From a virus: DNA of 64,000 bases. Position 1 is the stretch's first letter. Each line of letters starts with the position of its first letter. This document shows positions 10,402-20,892 of this stretch, piece by piece. The stretch lies in IMG/VR virus record IMGVR_UViG_3300008261_004773, positions 1 to 64,000 of that record; one strand, given 5' to 3'. Made by a program: the position numbers and the translations under genes. Below the pieces are notes generated by a model that saw nothing but the letters and a program-made list of their open reading frames with translations, ran no database searches and was not told where the DNA came from.

Positions 10402-11438
10402 GATTCTTCTTCTTTTTGCCAAAATGGTTTTGAATATTGTGGTCTGATGGATTTCCATATAATTTGAGAATAATCTCTACCGTCCAACATACTGAATAAT
10501 ATAGATGGGTGGGTATATCTTTTTGCTTGATCGGCGAATTCTTTCCTATCGAGACCTTTAGTGTTTAGGTCATCAAATATTCCTCTGTAATCCCTGTCTA
10601 TGTTTTCGTATCTGATTACTAAATCTTTGACGGTGTTTTTTACCCATGAATCAAATTCATCGGGCACACGATCTAAAAGGTCGGTGAGATCTTTCTTATC
10701 TTTCAAGTACTCCCAAATATCCACATTAGAAAATCCGGTGAGAATTCTGTGTAACCTAACGTACTCTTCACCTTTGATTTTCATTCTAAACCCTTTTCTG
10801 AAACGAACAACAAATCCTTCAGCGTTTTGTAAAATTTTGGACTTCAATTCGGTAAAATCCCGAATTCCATCGTATCTGTTTACAATATCCCAACCGTCCA
10901 TTTCAATATCATCATACATCAATTCCTTGCCTTCAGGATTGACAATAGATAAAAGTACCAATCTTTCATCATTGGAATAATCTACGACAATCCTGTTTTC
11001 AGGGTAAATAATTTCAAAAAGATAGGTGAACCCTGGAACACAAATCTTATCGTAGTTGTATTTCTTTGCAATCTCAAGACCTTTAATTGCTTGATCAGAG
11101 GTAAAAGAACCTTTGGTTGCCATGTGCCACTCACCGTTATAATGGAAAAAAATACCCAAGGATCCGTCCATCTTTTCGAAAACCTCAAACGGTTCTGTTG
11201 GGATTTCATTTGGGTCAATTTCTTCCATGTTGAAGAACTTGTTGAAGGATTTAGCAATTGTATTACCATCGCCATCCATAATCAAACCTCGGCACATCAG
11301 AGTAATTTCATCCCACTTACCCTCGTATTGTGTTTTACGAGAATAATTGTAGATGGCAAGAGGAAGGGTTGTGTGAAGATTTCTCTCCACCAACCCTAAT
11401 TCTACGTAGTCATTCAATATGTCTAATAATCTATTCAC
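10398..11438 (-). CDS. T4 Rnl1-family RNA ligase
   Basis: CRGL, KFFN, EKMDGSLG, EGFVV, KIK motifs. Confidence 0.9.
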   Translation of the reverse strand: MNRLLDILNDYVELGLVERNLHTTLPLAIYNYSRKTQYEGKWDEITLMCRGLIMDGDGNTIAKSFNKFFNMEEIDPNEIPTEPFEVFEKMDGSLGIFFHYNGEWHMATKGSFTSDQAIKGLEIAKKYNYDKICVPGFTYLFEIIYPENRIVVDYSNDERLVLLSIVNPEGKELMYDDIEMDGWDIVNRYDGIRDFTELKSKILQNAEGFVVRFRKGFRMKIKGEEYVRLHRILTGFSNVDIWEYLKDKKDLTDLLDRVPDEFDSWVKNTVKDLVIRYENIDRDYRGIFDDLNTKGLDRKEFADQAKRYTHPSILFSMLDGRDYSQIIWKSIRPQYSKPFWQKEEES

Positions 11439-11439
11439 A

Positions 11440-11652
11440 CTATTTTTTGATAATCATGTTGGTAGATTGAATACCCAATCTTAAGACAGGTAGTTGTTTT
11501 TCAAATTCGTCTCTTTGCATCACTTCGTAATAACCGTCTAATATTTTTACTGTTGGTGTATTTTCCATTTCTAATAGGATAGTTCCACTCGCAGAGGGTC
11601 CATCATAAAGTTTAATTGTTTTTGTTGTTGTGTTGAAAAGGAGTGTTTGCAT
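11440..11652 (-). CDS. Small hypothetical protein
   Basis: ORF within the operon. Confidence 0.55.
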   Translation of the reverse strand: MQTLLFNTTTKTIKLYDGPSASGTILLEMENTPTVKILDGYYEVMQRDEFEKQLPVLRLGIQSTNMIIKK

Positions 11653-11664
11653 TTTTTTTGTATT

Positions 11665-12072
11665 TTAAAGTTTAATTTGAAATCTGTTTCTCATTACGTC
11701 TAGTTTTTCTTCAGGGACACCATGAACATTTTGTCCTCCATGACGATTCTCTACAATTATGGTATGGATCCTGTAACCATATTTTTTTGCAATTATTTGA
11801 TAAAATCTCATTTCCCATTCTTGAGTAAATGTATTTGAGACAACAATATTACGAAAGAAAATCCAACCAAAGATACTTGGGTGCATCCAATATGAGACTT
11901 TTCTTTTACACCAATTGTGAGCATCCTTCAATTTTGTAGAATCAAAATTATAAGATCCGTCTTTCATAAAAAATTGGTCGGCTTCAAAAATTTGCCATGA
12001 CTTACCTAAAGATCTGGCAACGGTGGATTTACCTGACCCTGGTAAACCTCTTACGAGATAAAGATTTTTCAT
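11665..12072 (-). CDS. P-loop kinase (AAA_33, polynucleotide kinase-like)
   Basis: GLPGSGKST, EADQFF, VSNTF, HGVP. Confidence 0.85.
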   Translation of the reverse strand: MKNLYLVRGLPGSGKSTVARSLGKSWQIFEADQFFMKDGSYNFDSTKLKDAHNWCKRKVSYWMHPSIFGWIFFRNIVVSNTFTQEWEMRFYQIIAKKYGYRIHTIIVENRHGGQNVHGVPEEKLDVMRNRFQIKL

Positions 12073-12767
12073 GTGTCTATGTTTACGAGTTGTTCTGTGT
12101 GATGATCTTTTTGCATCTCGGAAAGTTTTTCTCTATGACGTAGCATTGGTATGACTTCAGTCCTCAAATTATAAGGTCTAAACTCAGGGTGACCATCCAT
12201 ACCAACATCCATTCTCTGTCCTTTTCCCAATCGAAGATGGGTTGGAAGGTGACAGTGACCGTGTATGTGCATAACACCTTTTGCTAATCCATCCCAAGAT
12301 GATATTGGGTAGTGCATCATACGGAATTTGAATTGTCCGTATTCAAGCGTGTTGTAGTGACTAACACTTTTGAATAACCCTTGACAACCGTCACGGTTTC
12401 TTTCTATGTGGTGATCGTGGTTACCAAGTACCAAGTGTATATTTTTACAAACTAATCTATCCCAAAACTCACGTATTTTTTCATATCCACTGAATGACCA
12501 ATCACCCAAATGTATTAAGATATCATCTTGGCCAACAACTTCGTTTATGTTGTTCACTATTGTTGCATCCATTCTGTCGAGATCAGGGAAATCGCGGGTT
12601 TGGCCGACAGGTATTTCACCTTCAGCTGTTCTCCAATTTGTTATACCACGACATATATTTTTGTGGTGGTAATGCGTGTCGGAGGTAACCCATACGTTTG
12701 TATCGTAGTCTATTTTTATCATCACAACAAAGATAAGAAAAAAAATTATTTCGGAGATAAAACCCAT
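12069..12767 (-). CDS. Calcineurin-like metallophosphoesterase
   Basis: DTH, LGD, GNHD, HGHCH; true start possibly near 12722. Confidence 0.88.
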   Translation of the reverse strand: MGFISEIIFFLIFVVMIKIDYDTNVWVTSDTHYHHKNICRGITNWRTAEGEIPVGQTRDFPDLDRMDATIVNNINEVVGQDDILIHLGDWSFSGYEKIREFWDRLVCKNIHLVLGNHDHHIERNRDGCQGLFKSVSHYNTLEYGQFKFRMMHYPISSWDGLAKGVMHIHGHCHLPTHLRLGKGQRMDVGMDGHPEFRPYNLRTEVIPMLRHREKLSEMQKDHHTEQLVNIDT

Positions 12768-13057
12768 GTAATTTTTCCAAACACATTAGATTGACCTGAA
12801 AATTTTCTGACTTTGAAGTGGTTGGATTCGGTTAAAACACAAAGGTCCCCCACCTCAGGATCGTCGGCTTTAGAAACTACCAAGATACTATCAGTCGGGA
12901 TACCGAGAGTGGAGGGACCTTTATATTTTAGGTAGAAGGTTGAGTATAAATCTTCTACTATTAATTCATTGAGATCTAATCTTTTTGATACGTAAGTCTC
13001 AGCGGGAGATGCAAAACCTGTTGTTCTTGTTTTTACCTCTAATTGTGACTGTATCAT
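12746..13057 (-). CDS. UmuD/LexA S24-like small protein
   Basis: GFASPA...LDLNE signature. Confidence 0.65.
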   Translation of the reverse strand: MIQSQLEVKTRTTGFASPAETYVSKRLDLNELIVEDLYSTFYLKYKGPSTLGIPTDSILVVSKADDPEVGDLCVLTESNHFKVRKFSGQSNVFGKITWVLSPK

Positions 13058-13088
13058 GTAACAAATTTAGACCATTCTTGTTACAACG

Positions 13089-13757
13089 TCAAACAAACTT
13101 GTAATTATTTTCATCAATTTTTTCACCAACGTATCCGAACTTTTCCAGAAAATTGATAATATCCGTTGAAGTATAAGAATAGTTTTGGAAGTTGCTTTCA
13201 ATCATTTCTAAATATAAAACAGGTTTTTGTTCTAATATTCTTTTCATTCCCCTCAAAACAAACATTTCATAACCCTCGACATCGATTTTTACATGGGTAA
13301 TATTCGTGTTAAAAGGGATCATGTGATCCAATTGGTGTATTGGTATTTTTACATCTGACTCTTGATCGATGATTCTATTATAACCGTAACCCCATAGTTC
13401 TTGATGTTGACTCATGAAAGCAGTACCATCATGGTTACCAAGAGCAACGTTATAACAAAAAGTATTACAATCATTACTAACAACGTTATTTACCAATTCA
13501 TTAAATGCTGTTGGGTTTGGTTCAAAAGAAAATATCAAAAATCTTCTATTCTTATTGAATAAAGAAAGACATCCTGTGCTGGCGCCTATGTCAATTACCA
13601 TTGGTCCTGAATGAGATTGGATGTCGTTGTAAATGGTCTGAAATAGAAGGTTTTCAGATAAAACCAAGTTATTTTCGGATTCCCATATCCCCCCAATGAA
13701 AGGACTCATTTCAGATATGTTGAGAGTCAGTTCATCAAATAGAGTTGTTTTATTCAT
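13089..13757 (-). CDS. FkbM-family methyltransferase
   Basis: DIGA, FEPNP, KIDVEGYE. Confidence 0.9.
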   Translation of the reverse strand: MNKTTLFDELTLNISEMSPFIGGIWESENNLVLSENLLFQTIYNDIQSHSGPMVIDIGASTGCLSLFNKNRRFLIFSFEPNPTAFNELVNNVVSNDCNTFCYNVALGNHDGTAFMSQHQELWGYGYNRIIDQESDVKIPIHQLDHMIPFNTNITHVKIDVEGYEMFVLRGMKRILEQKPVLYLEMIESNFQNYSYTSTDIINFLEKFGYVGEKIDENNYKFV

Positions 13758-13793
13758 TTCCTAAAACTAAACTATTTATAGAAAAAGTAATTT

Positions 13794-14333
13794 ATGCCAG
13801 CATATTTTTTTAATTTAAGCGACGGTGAAAGAGAAAATATATTAGATCAACACAAAAAACCTTATGATGGTCTAAGAACAATGGGATGGGAGTCAAAAAA
13901 CCCTCAAACTCTTTATATTCAAGATTTTGCCAATGACAAAATGGGTGTGACAATCAACAATAAGGGAGAAGCGAAGGGATATACTCACCTGAAGATTAAT
14001 GAACAACTTGGAATTCCATATACAAAATCACCTGATCTTACTTCAGAATTTTCTGAGGGAGAGATGTGTGAGCAGTGTGGTTCAGGTACAATGATGGAAG
14101 GTATGTGTAACGAATGTGGGTATAAGATGGAGAATTTAGAAGAAATGACACCACAAGAAGAAGATCTTGATGACGTTGAAGATTTGAATCCATCTGCAGA
14201 ATTTGATTATGTGGGTGGAGCAGACAACACTACAGACACATACGAAGGTATGGACGAGGATTTAGTTGAATCAGTTGAAGGGGAAAGATCCACTATTATG
14301 GAGATGTTCCAAAGAATGAGAGTTATTAAATAA
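13794..14333 (+). CDS. Acidic hypothetical protein with Zn ribbon
   Basis: CEQC..CNEC; TATTTAT upstream. Confidence 0.55.
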   Translation: MPAYFFNLSDGERENILDQHKKPYDGLRTMGWESKNPQTLYIQDFANDKMGVTINNKGEAKGYTHLKINEQLGIPYTKSPDLTSEFSEGEMCEQCGSGTMMEGMCNECGYKMENLEEMTPQEEDLDDVEDLNPSAEFDYVGGADNTTDTYEGMDEDLVESVEGERSTIMEMFQRMRVIK

Positions 14334-15606
14334 GAGGTCTATAACCCTCTTTATCATAGATTAGTTGATGGCCATGGATATCCAAATTCATGGTCATTTT
14401 TGTTTCCACATCCTCCCTTGACATTTCTCTCAGTTCTTGATGTGCAAATGACCTTAACTTGTCCATTACGGCATCTGTTCCTCCAAACCATGAACAATGC
14501 CAACCAAAAGGTTCCTTCGTGTGTTGTTTATTTTCAGAATATCTATTTTTTCTTATTTCTTGTGGAGTTGATTTCAGAAGAGTTTCCCATCTTACTCCAG
14601 CAGTTCCTGGCCAAAGTCCATTATAAAATCTATCGAAGTCCCAAATACACCATTTTTGTAATTGGAAACAATAGTCGTCTTCAGGGATCATTTCTATAAA
14701 ATCATCTAATTTATTAGGATCGGGGATTTCATCCAAATCAGATATAAGGATTACATCATTTTTATTCAAACCCAATTTGTATAATCCTTTTAGAATCTCA
14801 TTTCTTTGGAAGTTTTCTCTAAACCAATGAATGTGAAGATTTTCTGGTACATCAATTTCGCTTGGTGAATATATCATTTTACTTGGAAATTCATCAATTA
14901 CAATATTGATAATTTTGTCAGAATATTCATCAAATAGTTCTTTATTCTGTTCAAAAAAGGCCGGTTTTGGTATACCTGAGTGGGTTTGTTTTGACTCAAC
15001 GAGTATGAACTTGTCCACCTTATCATTCAAAAGTTTCAACCTCAAAGAAAGGATTTCAAATTCATTATTGAATACGAAACAATCGTATATCCTCGAATTT
15101 TGTTCACTATGAATTGTTTTGTTAGTTTTTGCCTTAATCAAATCAATTTCCACTGAATTTATTTTTTTACATTCGGTAGTAATCCATTCAAAAAATTCAC
15201 GTTTTCTCAAAAAATGGGAATAATTGAATATCGTCGGTCCGTCCTTATAATATCCTTCTTTATTGAAAGCCAAAACTATTGGATTAGAACTAAGAGCAAT
15301 TTCCCATTTTTCCAATTCACAGGTAAACGAATCATTCTGTTCCGATAAAACAAAAATGTCTGTGGGGATCAACTCAAAATTCATCTCATAAAAGTGAATT
15401 ATTCTTTTCAAAACGAGAGGTAAGGTTTCATCCTTCCTATGATAAAAGACGTTGTACTCTTTTTCTTTGACATCTCCCTCTGATTCTATATCAAATTGGT
15501 ATAAAAAAGTTGTGTATGTCGTGGATTGTATCTTAGGTGATAAAAGATTTCTTTGAAAGGTAGACGGATCGTTCAATAATATAATTTCGAAAATCCTATT
15601 TTTCAT
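14326..15606 (-). CDS. GT17-like glycosyltransferase (C-terminal domain)
   Basis: YDCF.F..E, THSG.PK, ENFQR, SDLDEIP, GWH.SW. Confidence 0.8.
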   Translation of the reverse strand: MKNRIFEIILLNDPSTFQRNLLSPKIQSTTYTTFLYQFDIESEGDVKEKEYNVFYHRKDETLPLVLKRIIHFYEMNFELIPTDIFVLSEQNDSFTCELEKWEIALSSNPIVLAFNKEGYYKDGPTIFNYSHFLRKREFFEWITTECKKINSVEIDLIKAKTNKTIHSEQNSRIYDCFVFNNEFEILSLRLKLLNDKVDKFILVESKQTHSGIPKPAFFEQNKELFDEYSDKIINIVIDEFPSKMIYSPSEIDVPENLHIHWFRENFQRNEILKGLYKLGLNKNDVILISDLDEIPDPNKLDDFIEMIPEDDYCFQLQKWCIWDFDRFYNGLWPGTAGVRWETLLKSTPQEIRKNRYSENKQHTKEPFGWHCSWFGGTDAVMDKLRSFAHQELREMSREDVETKMTMNLDIHGHQLIYDKEGYRPLI

Positions 15607-15667
15607 ATTGATGTATTTCTTATTTCAAATAATAACCTTATATTTTGGATATTAAACGTTTTTTAAT

Positions 15668-16261
15668 ATGCATGAATCAATCCAATTTATAACACGTCAC
15701 AGAAATTTGAATATAGACTATTCAAACTACTATTATTACACAAACGCATTCACTGATCAAGAACTAATTGATCTTAAAACACTTGGTGAAAACACTCCGA
15801 AAGAAAAGGGAAGTGTTACGAACGAAGGTAAGGTAACTGAGACAAGAATTAGCGAAGTTGGATGGATAATGCCCAACCAAGATTCAATGTGGTTATACAA
15901 TAAGATTACAAAAATGGTTTTGGAGGCGAATGATACGATGTGGGGATTCGATCTTTTGGGTTATCACGACAACTTACAATATACAACATATTACGGAGGT
16001 GGAGGTCACTATGATTGGCACACTGACGTAGGGCCTGGAATGGCAAACAGAAAAATATCTGTAGTTGTACAACTTTCTGATCCAAGTGAATATACTGGAG
16101 GTACACTAAATTTAAATGGTGGTAACGGAATTATTGAAGCTCCTCAGGAAAAAAATACAGTAATTATATTTCCGTCATTTGTTTTACATAGAGTTACTCC
16201 TGTAATGACAGGAATAAGAAAATCTTTAGTTACATGGATAGCAGGACCCCCACTAAGATAA
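15668..16261 (+). CDS. 2OG-Fe(II) oxygenase (PKHD type)
   Basis: WHTD, HRVTPV..G.R.SLV.W. Confidence 0.88.
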   Translation: MHESIQFITRHRNLNIDYSNYYYYTNAFTDQELIDLKTLGENTPKEKGSVTNEGKVTETRISEVGWIMPNQDSMWLYNKITKMVLEANDTMWGFDLLGYHDNLQYTTYYGGGGHYDWHTDVGPGMANRKISVVVQLSDPSEYTGGTLNLNGGNGIIEAPQEKNTVIIFPSFVLHRVTPVMTGIRKSLVTWIAGPPLR

Positions 16262-16683
16262 GAAAAGAGATCGATCCGAAAGAACTCAGAAAATTACTAC
16301 AAGAAAACGAAACTTTTCTACTGAACCTTACTTCTAATTTCGATCAACCAACATGGTTCCAGCCTCTATCAAAAATTGAGGCCAGGAAAAAATGGTTAGG
16401 TGCAGATCCTTTCGAAATATGGTTGGAAAATATAAACATGGATTACTATGAAATGCCCATGAGTCAGGCTGTGGAGTTCATGTTAGAATTTGGATATACT
16501 ACGGAATGGATTATAGATACAGGTCCTGTCGGAGAAACAAGTATTTCTATATTCCGTAATGCAATGTTGATTATAGACAAGGGAAAGGTTTTCTATAATT
16601 CTACCTCAGATTGTTACTGTTCAGAAAGTGTTTTAGAAAACATTATCAGATTAAATCCTGATTTTGTTAGTGTACCTGATTAA
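16234..16683 (+). CDS. Hypothetical protein
   Basis: 149-aa ORF. Confidence 0.5.
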   Translation: MDSRTPTKIRKEIDPKELRKLLQENETFLLNLTSNFDQPTWFQPLSKIEARKKWLGADPFEIWLENINMDYYEMPMSQAVEFMLEFGYTTEWIIDTGPVGETSISIFRNAMLIIDKGKVFYNSTSDCYCSESVLENIIRLNPDFVSVPD

Positions 16684-17255
16684 TATTCGGTGTTAAAAAA
16701 GAATACTTGGAATAATCTTCCATCATAAATGTTCTTTCCAAAATAATCTAACGACACGTGGAAATTGTCGGCTCTGTATAGGATCAGACGGTTGAATATG
16801 TTTCCTATTCTGTCAACCATTTCCCATTTTGTCATGTCTTGACACTCATCCCAAGCTTCTTGTGCGTCTTCAGGTTTTTCAGTTTTGTAATCATATGATC
16901 TTCTTCCTGTTTCTATATGTCTGAAAAGACCTGTACCTGATGAAAGAGGTGCATCTGGTGTGAGATAACAAACACCTGCCCAATCTGTTGTTGAGTCTGC
17001 ATGTATCCATGACCTGTCAGTTGCAATTGTATACTGATAAGATCCTGTATATTGATCTTCACTCCAATATGTTACATTCCCTGCGTGAGGTCCTACAATC
17101 GATTGTATGGTGGTTTTGAGACTATCATTTAAGAAGGATATGGTTCTCTGACCTGGATAGTTTCCTCTAACTGCAAATTCTTGTTTTAATGCAAAATCTC
17201 TGACTTGCCAAGGATTGATATAGAAGTCATCTACAACGATTGAATTGATTCTCAT
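16680..17255 (-). CDS. DUF6445-like 2OG-Fe(II) oxygenase
   Basis: VVDDFY, YPG.R, IHAD, FNR, FH, GRL.Q. Confidence 0.75.
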   Translation of the reverse strand: MRINSIVVDDFYINPWQVRDFALKQEFAVRGNYPGQRTISFLNDSLKTTIQSIVGPHAGNVTYWSEDQYTGSYQYTIATDRSWIHADSTTDWAGVCYLTPDAPLSSGTGLFRHIETGRRSYDYKTEKPEDAQEAWDECQDMTKWEMVDRIGNIFNRLILYRADNFHVSLDYFGKNIYDGRLFQVFFFNTEY

Positions 17256-17342
17256 GTCTCTTTTTTTTAAAATATAGAAAGAAATATTTCTTTTTGAAAT
17301 AGACTTTTCGCTTTAAATGTAATATTTCTTATAAAAAGTTTT

Positions 17343-17645
17343 ATGGAGATTAAAGAAATTGTGTCTTACACTGTTTTACCTTCAGCCAACATTTTGGAGG
17401 TAACATTCAGAACAATAGACGATACGGACGATCACATTAGAAATGTCGAGATAGAATATAACGAGGTTGCCAATTATGGGTTTGAATTAGAAACAGAATC
17501 TATCGACTTTTTTTTCGATGACGACGATGACTTTGAAAAAGAAGAAAGTGAATCAGTAGAATTGGATGAAGAAGAGTTGGTAACTTTCCTCAACGAATAT
17601 TTCCTTCTCAATCCTGAAAAATTACCTGAAGCAACAATTTTCTAA
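17343..17645 (+). CDS. Very acidic hypothetical protein
   Basis: D/E-rich 100 aa. Confidence 0.55.
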   Translation: MEIKEIVSYTVLPSANILEVTFRTIDDTDDHIRNVEIEYNEVANYGFELETESIDFFFDDDDDFEKEESESVELDEEELVTFLNEYFLLNPEKLPEATIF

Positions 17646-18184
17646 GGACCTACCCTTGTAAGGTTGATTATCATTATTTTTTTCCCACCAAATTGATAGA
17701 ATGGCCAAATACCACTGCTTGTGAGTTCCAAACTTTCAAATTTATCTTCAGTGATTTGAAAAGTGAAAGTGTGTCTCGAGTTTGTTCTGATGGGATCATT
17801 ATATGAAAATTGTAAATAACCTTCTTGCCATTGGTTATTTCCCCAAATCCAATAAGAGGAACGATATCTCGAATCCCAAAGATCTGATCCAAAATTATTA
17901 ACGCCCAAATATCTCAAATTCAAGATGCTATAATCAAAATGAATAAATGTGTGACCCACTTTAATTCTATCAAAAGGTATGGGAGTGGATCTACTTGTAT
18001 CAATGTAAACATCACCTGATCTGTAAGTTGAATCTTTTGCTGTATTCTGATCAACGTATTTGATTGTAATACGATTGATTAGATATTTTCCACTAAGGGT
18101 TACAGTTGTACCTGCAACATATTTTTCACAACTTGAAAAAAGTAGAGATAGGAGTAGTACGGGTAGTATGATTATTTTTTTCAT
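17642..18184 (-). CDS. Lipoprotein
   Basis: MKKIIIL...FSSC lipobox. Confidence 0.7.
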   Translation of the reverse strand: MKKIIILPVLLLSLLFSSCEKYVAGTTVTLSGKYLINRITIKYVDQNTAKDSTYRSGDVYIDTSRSTPIPFDRIKVGHTFIHFDYSILNLRYLGVNNFGSDLWDSRYRSSYWIWGNNQWQEGYLQFSYNDPIRTNSRHTFTFQITEDKFESLELTSSGIWPFYQFGGKKIMIINLTRVGP

Positions 18185-18231
18185 TTTGCGAAGATATGAG
18201 TTATTTACCGACATAACAAATATTTATCTAC

Positions 18232-18531
18232 ATGGTTTTGGATATAGATAGAATTATTTCATTTTTAAATAAATTTTCTTCAGGTGGTGATTCTGAATTA
18301 AAGGAACAAGAAGCCGCATCCTCTTCGACAGGAGATGCTGGAGGGTCAACAGCTTCAACCGGAACTCCGATGAAAAAGTGGGAGTCAGGTAGGAAATTCG
18401 GAAAAAGTTACATGAACGATCCTAAATACAAATGGAATAGTGATAGAGCTCTTGGTAAGACATACATGAACGATCCTAAATACAAATGGGAGTCAGGTGT
18501 TACCAGAGGTCACGCAAATCCTGTACCTTAA
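18232..18531 (+). CDS. Small protein with tandem 18-aa repeats
   Basis: YMNDPKYKW twice; KW.S three times. Confidence 0.65.
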   Translation: MVLDIDRIISFLNKFSSGGDSELKEQEAASSSTGDAGGSTASTGTPMKKWESGRKFGKSYMNDPKYKWNSDRALGKTYMNDPKYKWESGVTRGHANPVP

Positions 18532-18542
18532 TATTTATGAGT

Positions 18543-19838
18543 ATGAAATTCCAAATAAGCGAAAGCCAAAGAAAAGAAATCCAAGGTTTCTATAACTCCA
18601 ATAAGGGGAATATTGCTATTGTTGAGCTACTTTCATTAAATGAAAATTATGCAATTTTCTTAGATATGTTGATTGATATCAAGAACAAAAAAATGATTGG
18701 AAACGTTTGGGAAAGTATGGATAACTTCAAACTATTCTTTAACGACTCAAACACGATTTTAGGAGAAGAGCAAAGTCTGATCAGAAATCAAATCAATTCT
18801 TTGGTAATTGTTGAGGGGTCTATGGATTTGATGGTTCTCAAACAACAGTATATTTTGATGAATGAGCAGGTGATGGATTGGCTCAAAAGTGCTGGTCAAA
18901 GTGTTTCTAATGTTGCTGGTGATGTTTGGGATTATGCTAAAGAAAAAGGATCTGAGGCGGTACAAGGAGTAAAAAAATTCGCCAATGATGCTTGGGAAGG
19001 AACTAAGGAATTTGTAGGAAAGGTTAGTGATTTAGCCCTCCAACAAGCATTTGCCCTTTTGAAAAAGGGGACCCTTTATCTTGCAAGAAGTATAAGAAGT
19101 GGTCTTTATCACCCGGGTGGAATGATTTTGGATGCGATATTAATTGCCACAGGAATTGGTAAGGCCGCACAATTTATCTTGTGGGGTATAGTGGTGGCGT
19201 TAGACATTTACGAACTAACAACGGGTAATTATGAAAATAAAGATGAGACATTCGGTACAAGATTACTTTTCACAGGTGTTGACCTTCTTGGTTTAGTTTT
19301 TGCGGGAGTTGCTGCTGGAACTGCAAGAACAGCTGTAACAGGGTTTATAAAAAAATTCGGATCATCCGTTCAAGGTATTAGTAAGGGAATTAAAGAATCA
19401 CCTGTGATTTTATCCATTTTGACAAAAATGAAACAAGCCGTATCTGCAGCACCTACTAAACTCAGAGAAGCTCAAAGCTGGATAATGACTAAAAATCCAA
19501 CAATCGGAAATTGGATTGGTGGTATACTTGGAAGTGCCGCTAAGATCTTCGAAAAAATCATAACATTTATTGGACAAGTTACTATAGGTACTGGTAAGGC
19601 AGCACTAAAAGTTGTATCAGCTCCTGGCAAAATCGTCCAAAAGGGTAGTGAGAAGTTGGCACGAGGAGTTGGTGTTGGTAAACAAACGGCTCAGAAAATT
19701 GGTGCGGGTGGCCAAGCAGCGGTCAATGTCGGAGGAGTAAACTACGGACTTGAAAGATACGGACAAATGAAGGCCGCAGATCAACTACAAGGAATAAACT
19801 TAGCAAGTGCGGAGTTTGATTTTGAATCATCTCTATAA
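18543..19838 (+). CDS. Probable internal virion protein with hydrophobic helices
   Basis: ISESQ N-terminus; G/A-rich TM-like segments; TATTTAT upstream. Confidence 0.55.
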   Translation: MKFQISESQRKEIQGFYNSNKGNIAIVELLSLNENYAIFLDMLIDIKNKKMIGNVWESMDNFKLFFNDSNTILGEEQSLIRNQINSLVIVEGSMDLMVLKQQYILMNEQVMDWLKSAGQSVSNVAGDVWDYAKEKGSEAVQGVKKFANDAWEGTKEFVGKVSDLALQQAFALLKKGTLYLARSIRSGLYHPGGMILDAILIATGIGKAAQFILWGIVVALDIYELTTGNYENKDETFGTRLLFTGVDLLGLVFAGVAAGTARTAVTGFIKKFGSSVQGISKGIKESPVILSILTKMKQAVSAAPTKLREAQSWIMTKNPTIGNWIGGILGSAAKIFEKIITFIGQVTIGTGKAALKVVSAPGKIVQKGSEKLARGVGVGKQTAQKIGAGGQAAVNVGGVNYGLERYGQMKAADQLQGINLASAEFDFESSL

Positions 19839-19850
19839 TATTTATACAAT

Positions 19851-20888
19851 ATGGAAAATATACTTAATGAACAATTAAAAAGAGTAAAATTACTCATGGA
19901 ATATGACACCAGTCTTACTCTCACAGATAACGAATTTTTAATCTTTGAACAAGCACAGTTTCTACGTACTTTTACTGATGATGCATTAAAGGTATTAAGT
20001 GGTGAAATTAAAGCATTCAAAATGTTCGGTAACAGTGCTGAGGCTGCAGAAACTTTCTTGAAAAATGCAAGAGCAGGTAGAGCAACTGCACAGGAAATGG
20101 GGATGTTTACAAAAGAAGTTTTGAAGAACCCGAGTTTAGCAAAATCCAACATCGGTGTGTTTGATGATGCGGCAGCAAACTACACTAAACAACTGATGAA
20201 TGCTAAAGGTAGTAAGGCAGTTCAATTCCAAAATGCTACTCAAGCCGATAGAATTAGTATGTTGAAGAACGATGGTTATTCAGAGGCGGCAATCAATAGA
20301 ATCATAAAACAAGCCGATGATATTAAACCAACAGTAGGTCAGACCTCTGTTACAACAGCTGTAGATGCTGGTACCGGAGTAGCTTCAGGTGTTGGGAGAG
20401 GTAACATAATGAAAAGAGGTTATGATAAACTGAAAGACAAGTTGGGTGAATTGAGAACGGTGGCTAAAGGTGGATGGAAGAAAGCCTTAATTTGGGCTGC
20501 GGGTCTTGGTATTTCAGGGGCGGCACTTTGGTATTTTATGCAAGATAACGGAGTTCAGGCTCAAGACACACCTACTACTCCACCTACAGACGGAGGTCAA
20601 GGAGTTGGAACTGCAGCTGCTATACCAACAGAATTAGCTGATGTTGAGGGAGTAAAAAAATTTCAAGATTGGTTGGACACTAACAAGAAAGGATGGGCTA
20701 CAGGATATCCTGGTGGTGTTTTGAACAAAGCCGGAGGATACGGTAGATTCGGTCCAAGAACACAAAAACAATGGAATGACGAAACAGTTAAGGCTGAATA
20801 TATGAAAGGATCTACCCCACCAACGACAACGGGTGAAGAAGGATTAGAAGGTGGTGGCGGAACATCAACAGAAGAACAACCAGATTAA
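19851..20888 (+). CDS. Probable virion protein with TM helix and peptidoglycan-binding-like C-terminus
   Basis: ILNEQ N-terminus; VKKFQDWL..G.FGPRT. Confidence 0.55.
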   Translation: MENILNEQLKRVKLLMEYDTSLTLTDNEFLIFEQAQFLRTFTDDALKVLSGEIKAFKMFGNSAEAAETFLKNARAGRATAQEMGMFTKEVLKNPSLAKSNIGVFDDAAANYTKQLMNAKGSKAVQFQNATQADRISMLKNDGYSEAAINRIIKQADDIKPTVGQTSVTTAVDAGTGVASGVGRGNIMKRGYDKLKDKLGELRTVAKGGWKKALIWAAGLGISGAALWYFMQDNGVQAQDTPTTPPTDGGQGVGTAAAIPTELADVEGVKKFQDWLDTNKKGWATGYPGGVLNKAGGYGRFGPRTQKQWNDETVKAEYMKGSTPPTTTGEEGLEGGGGTSTEEQPD

Positions 20889-20892
20889 TTTT

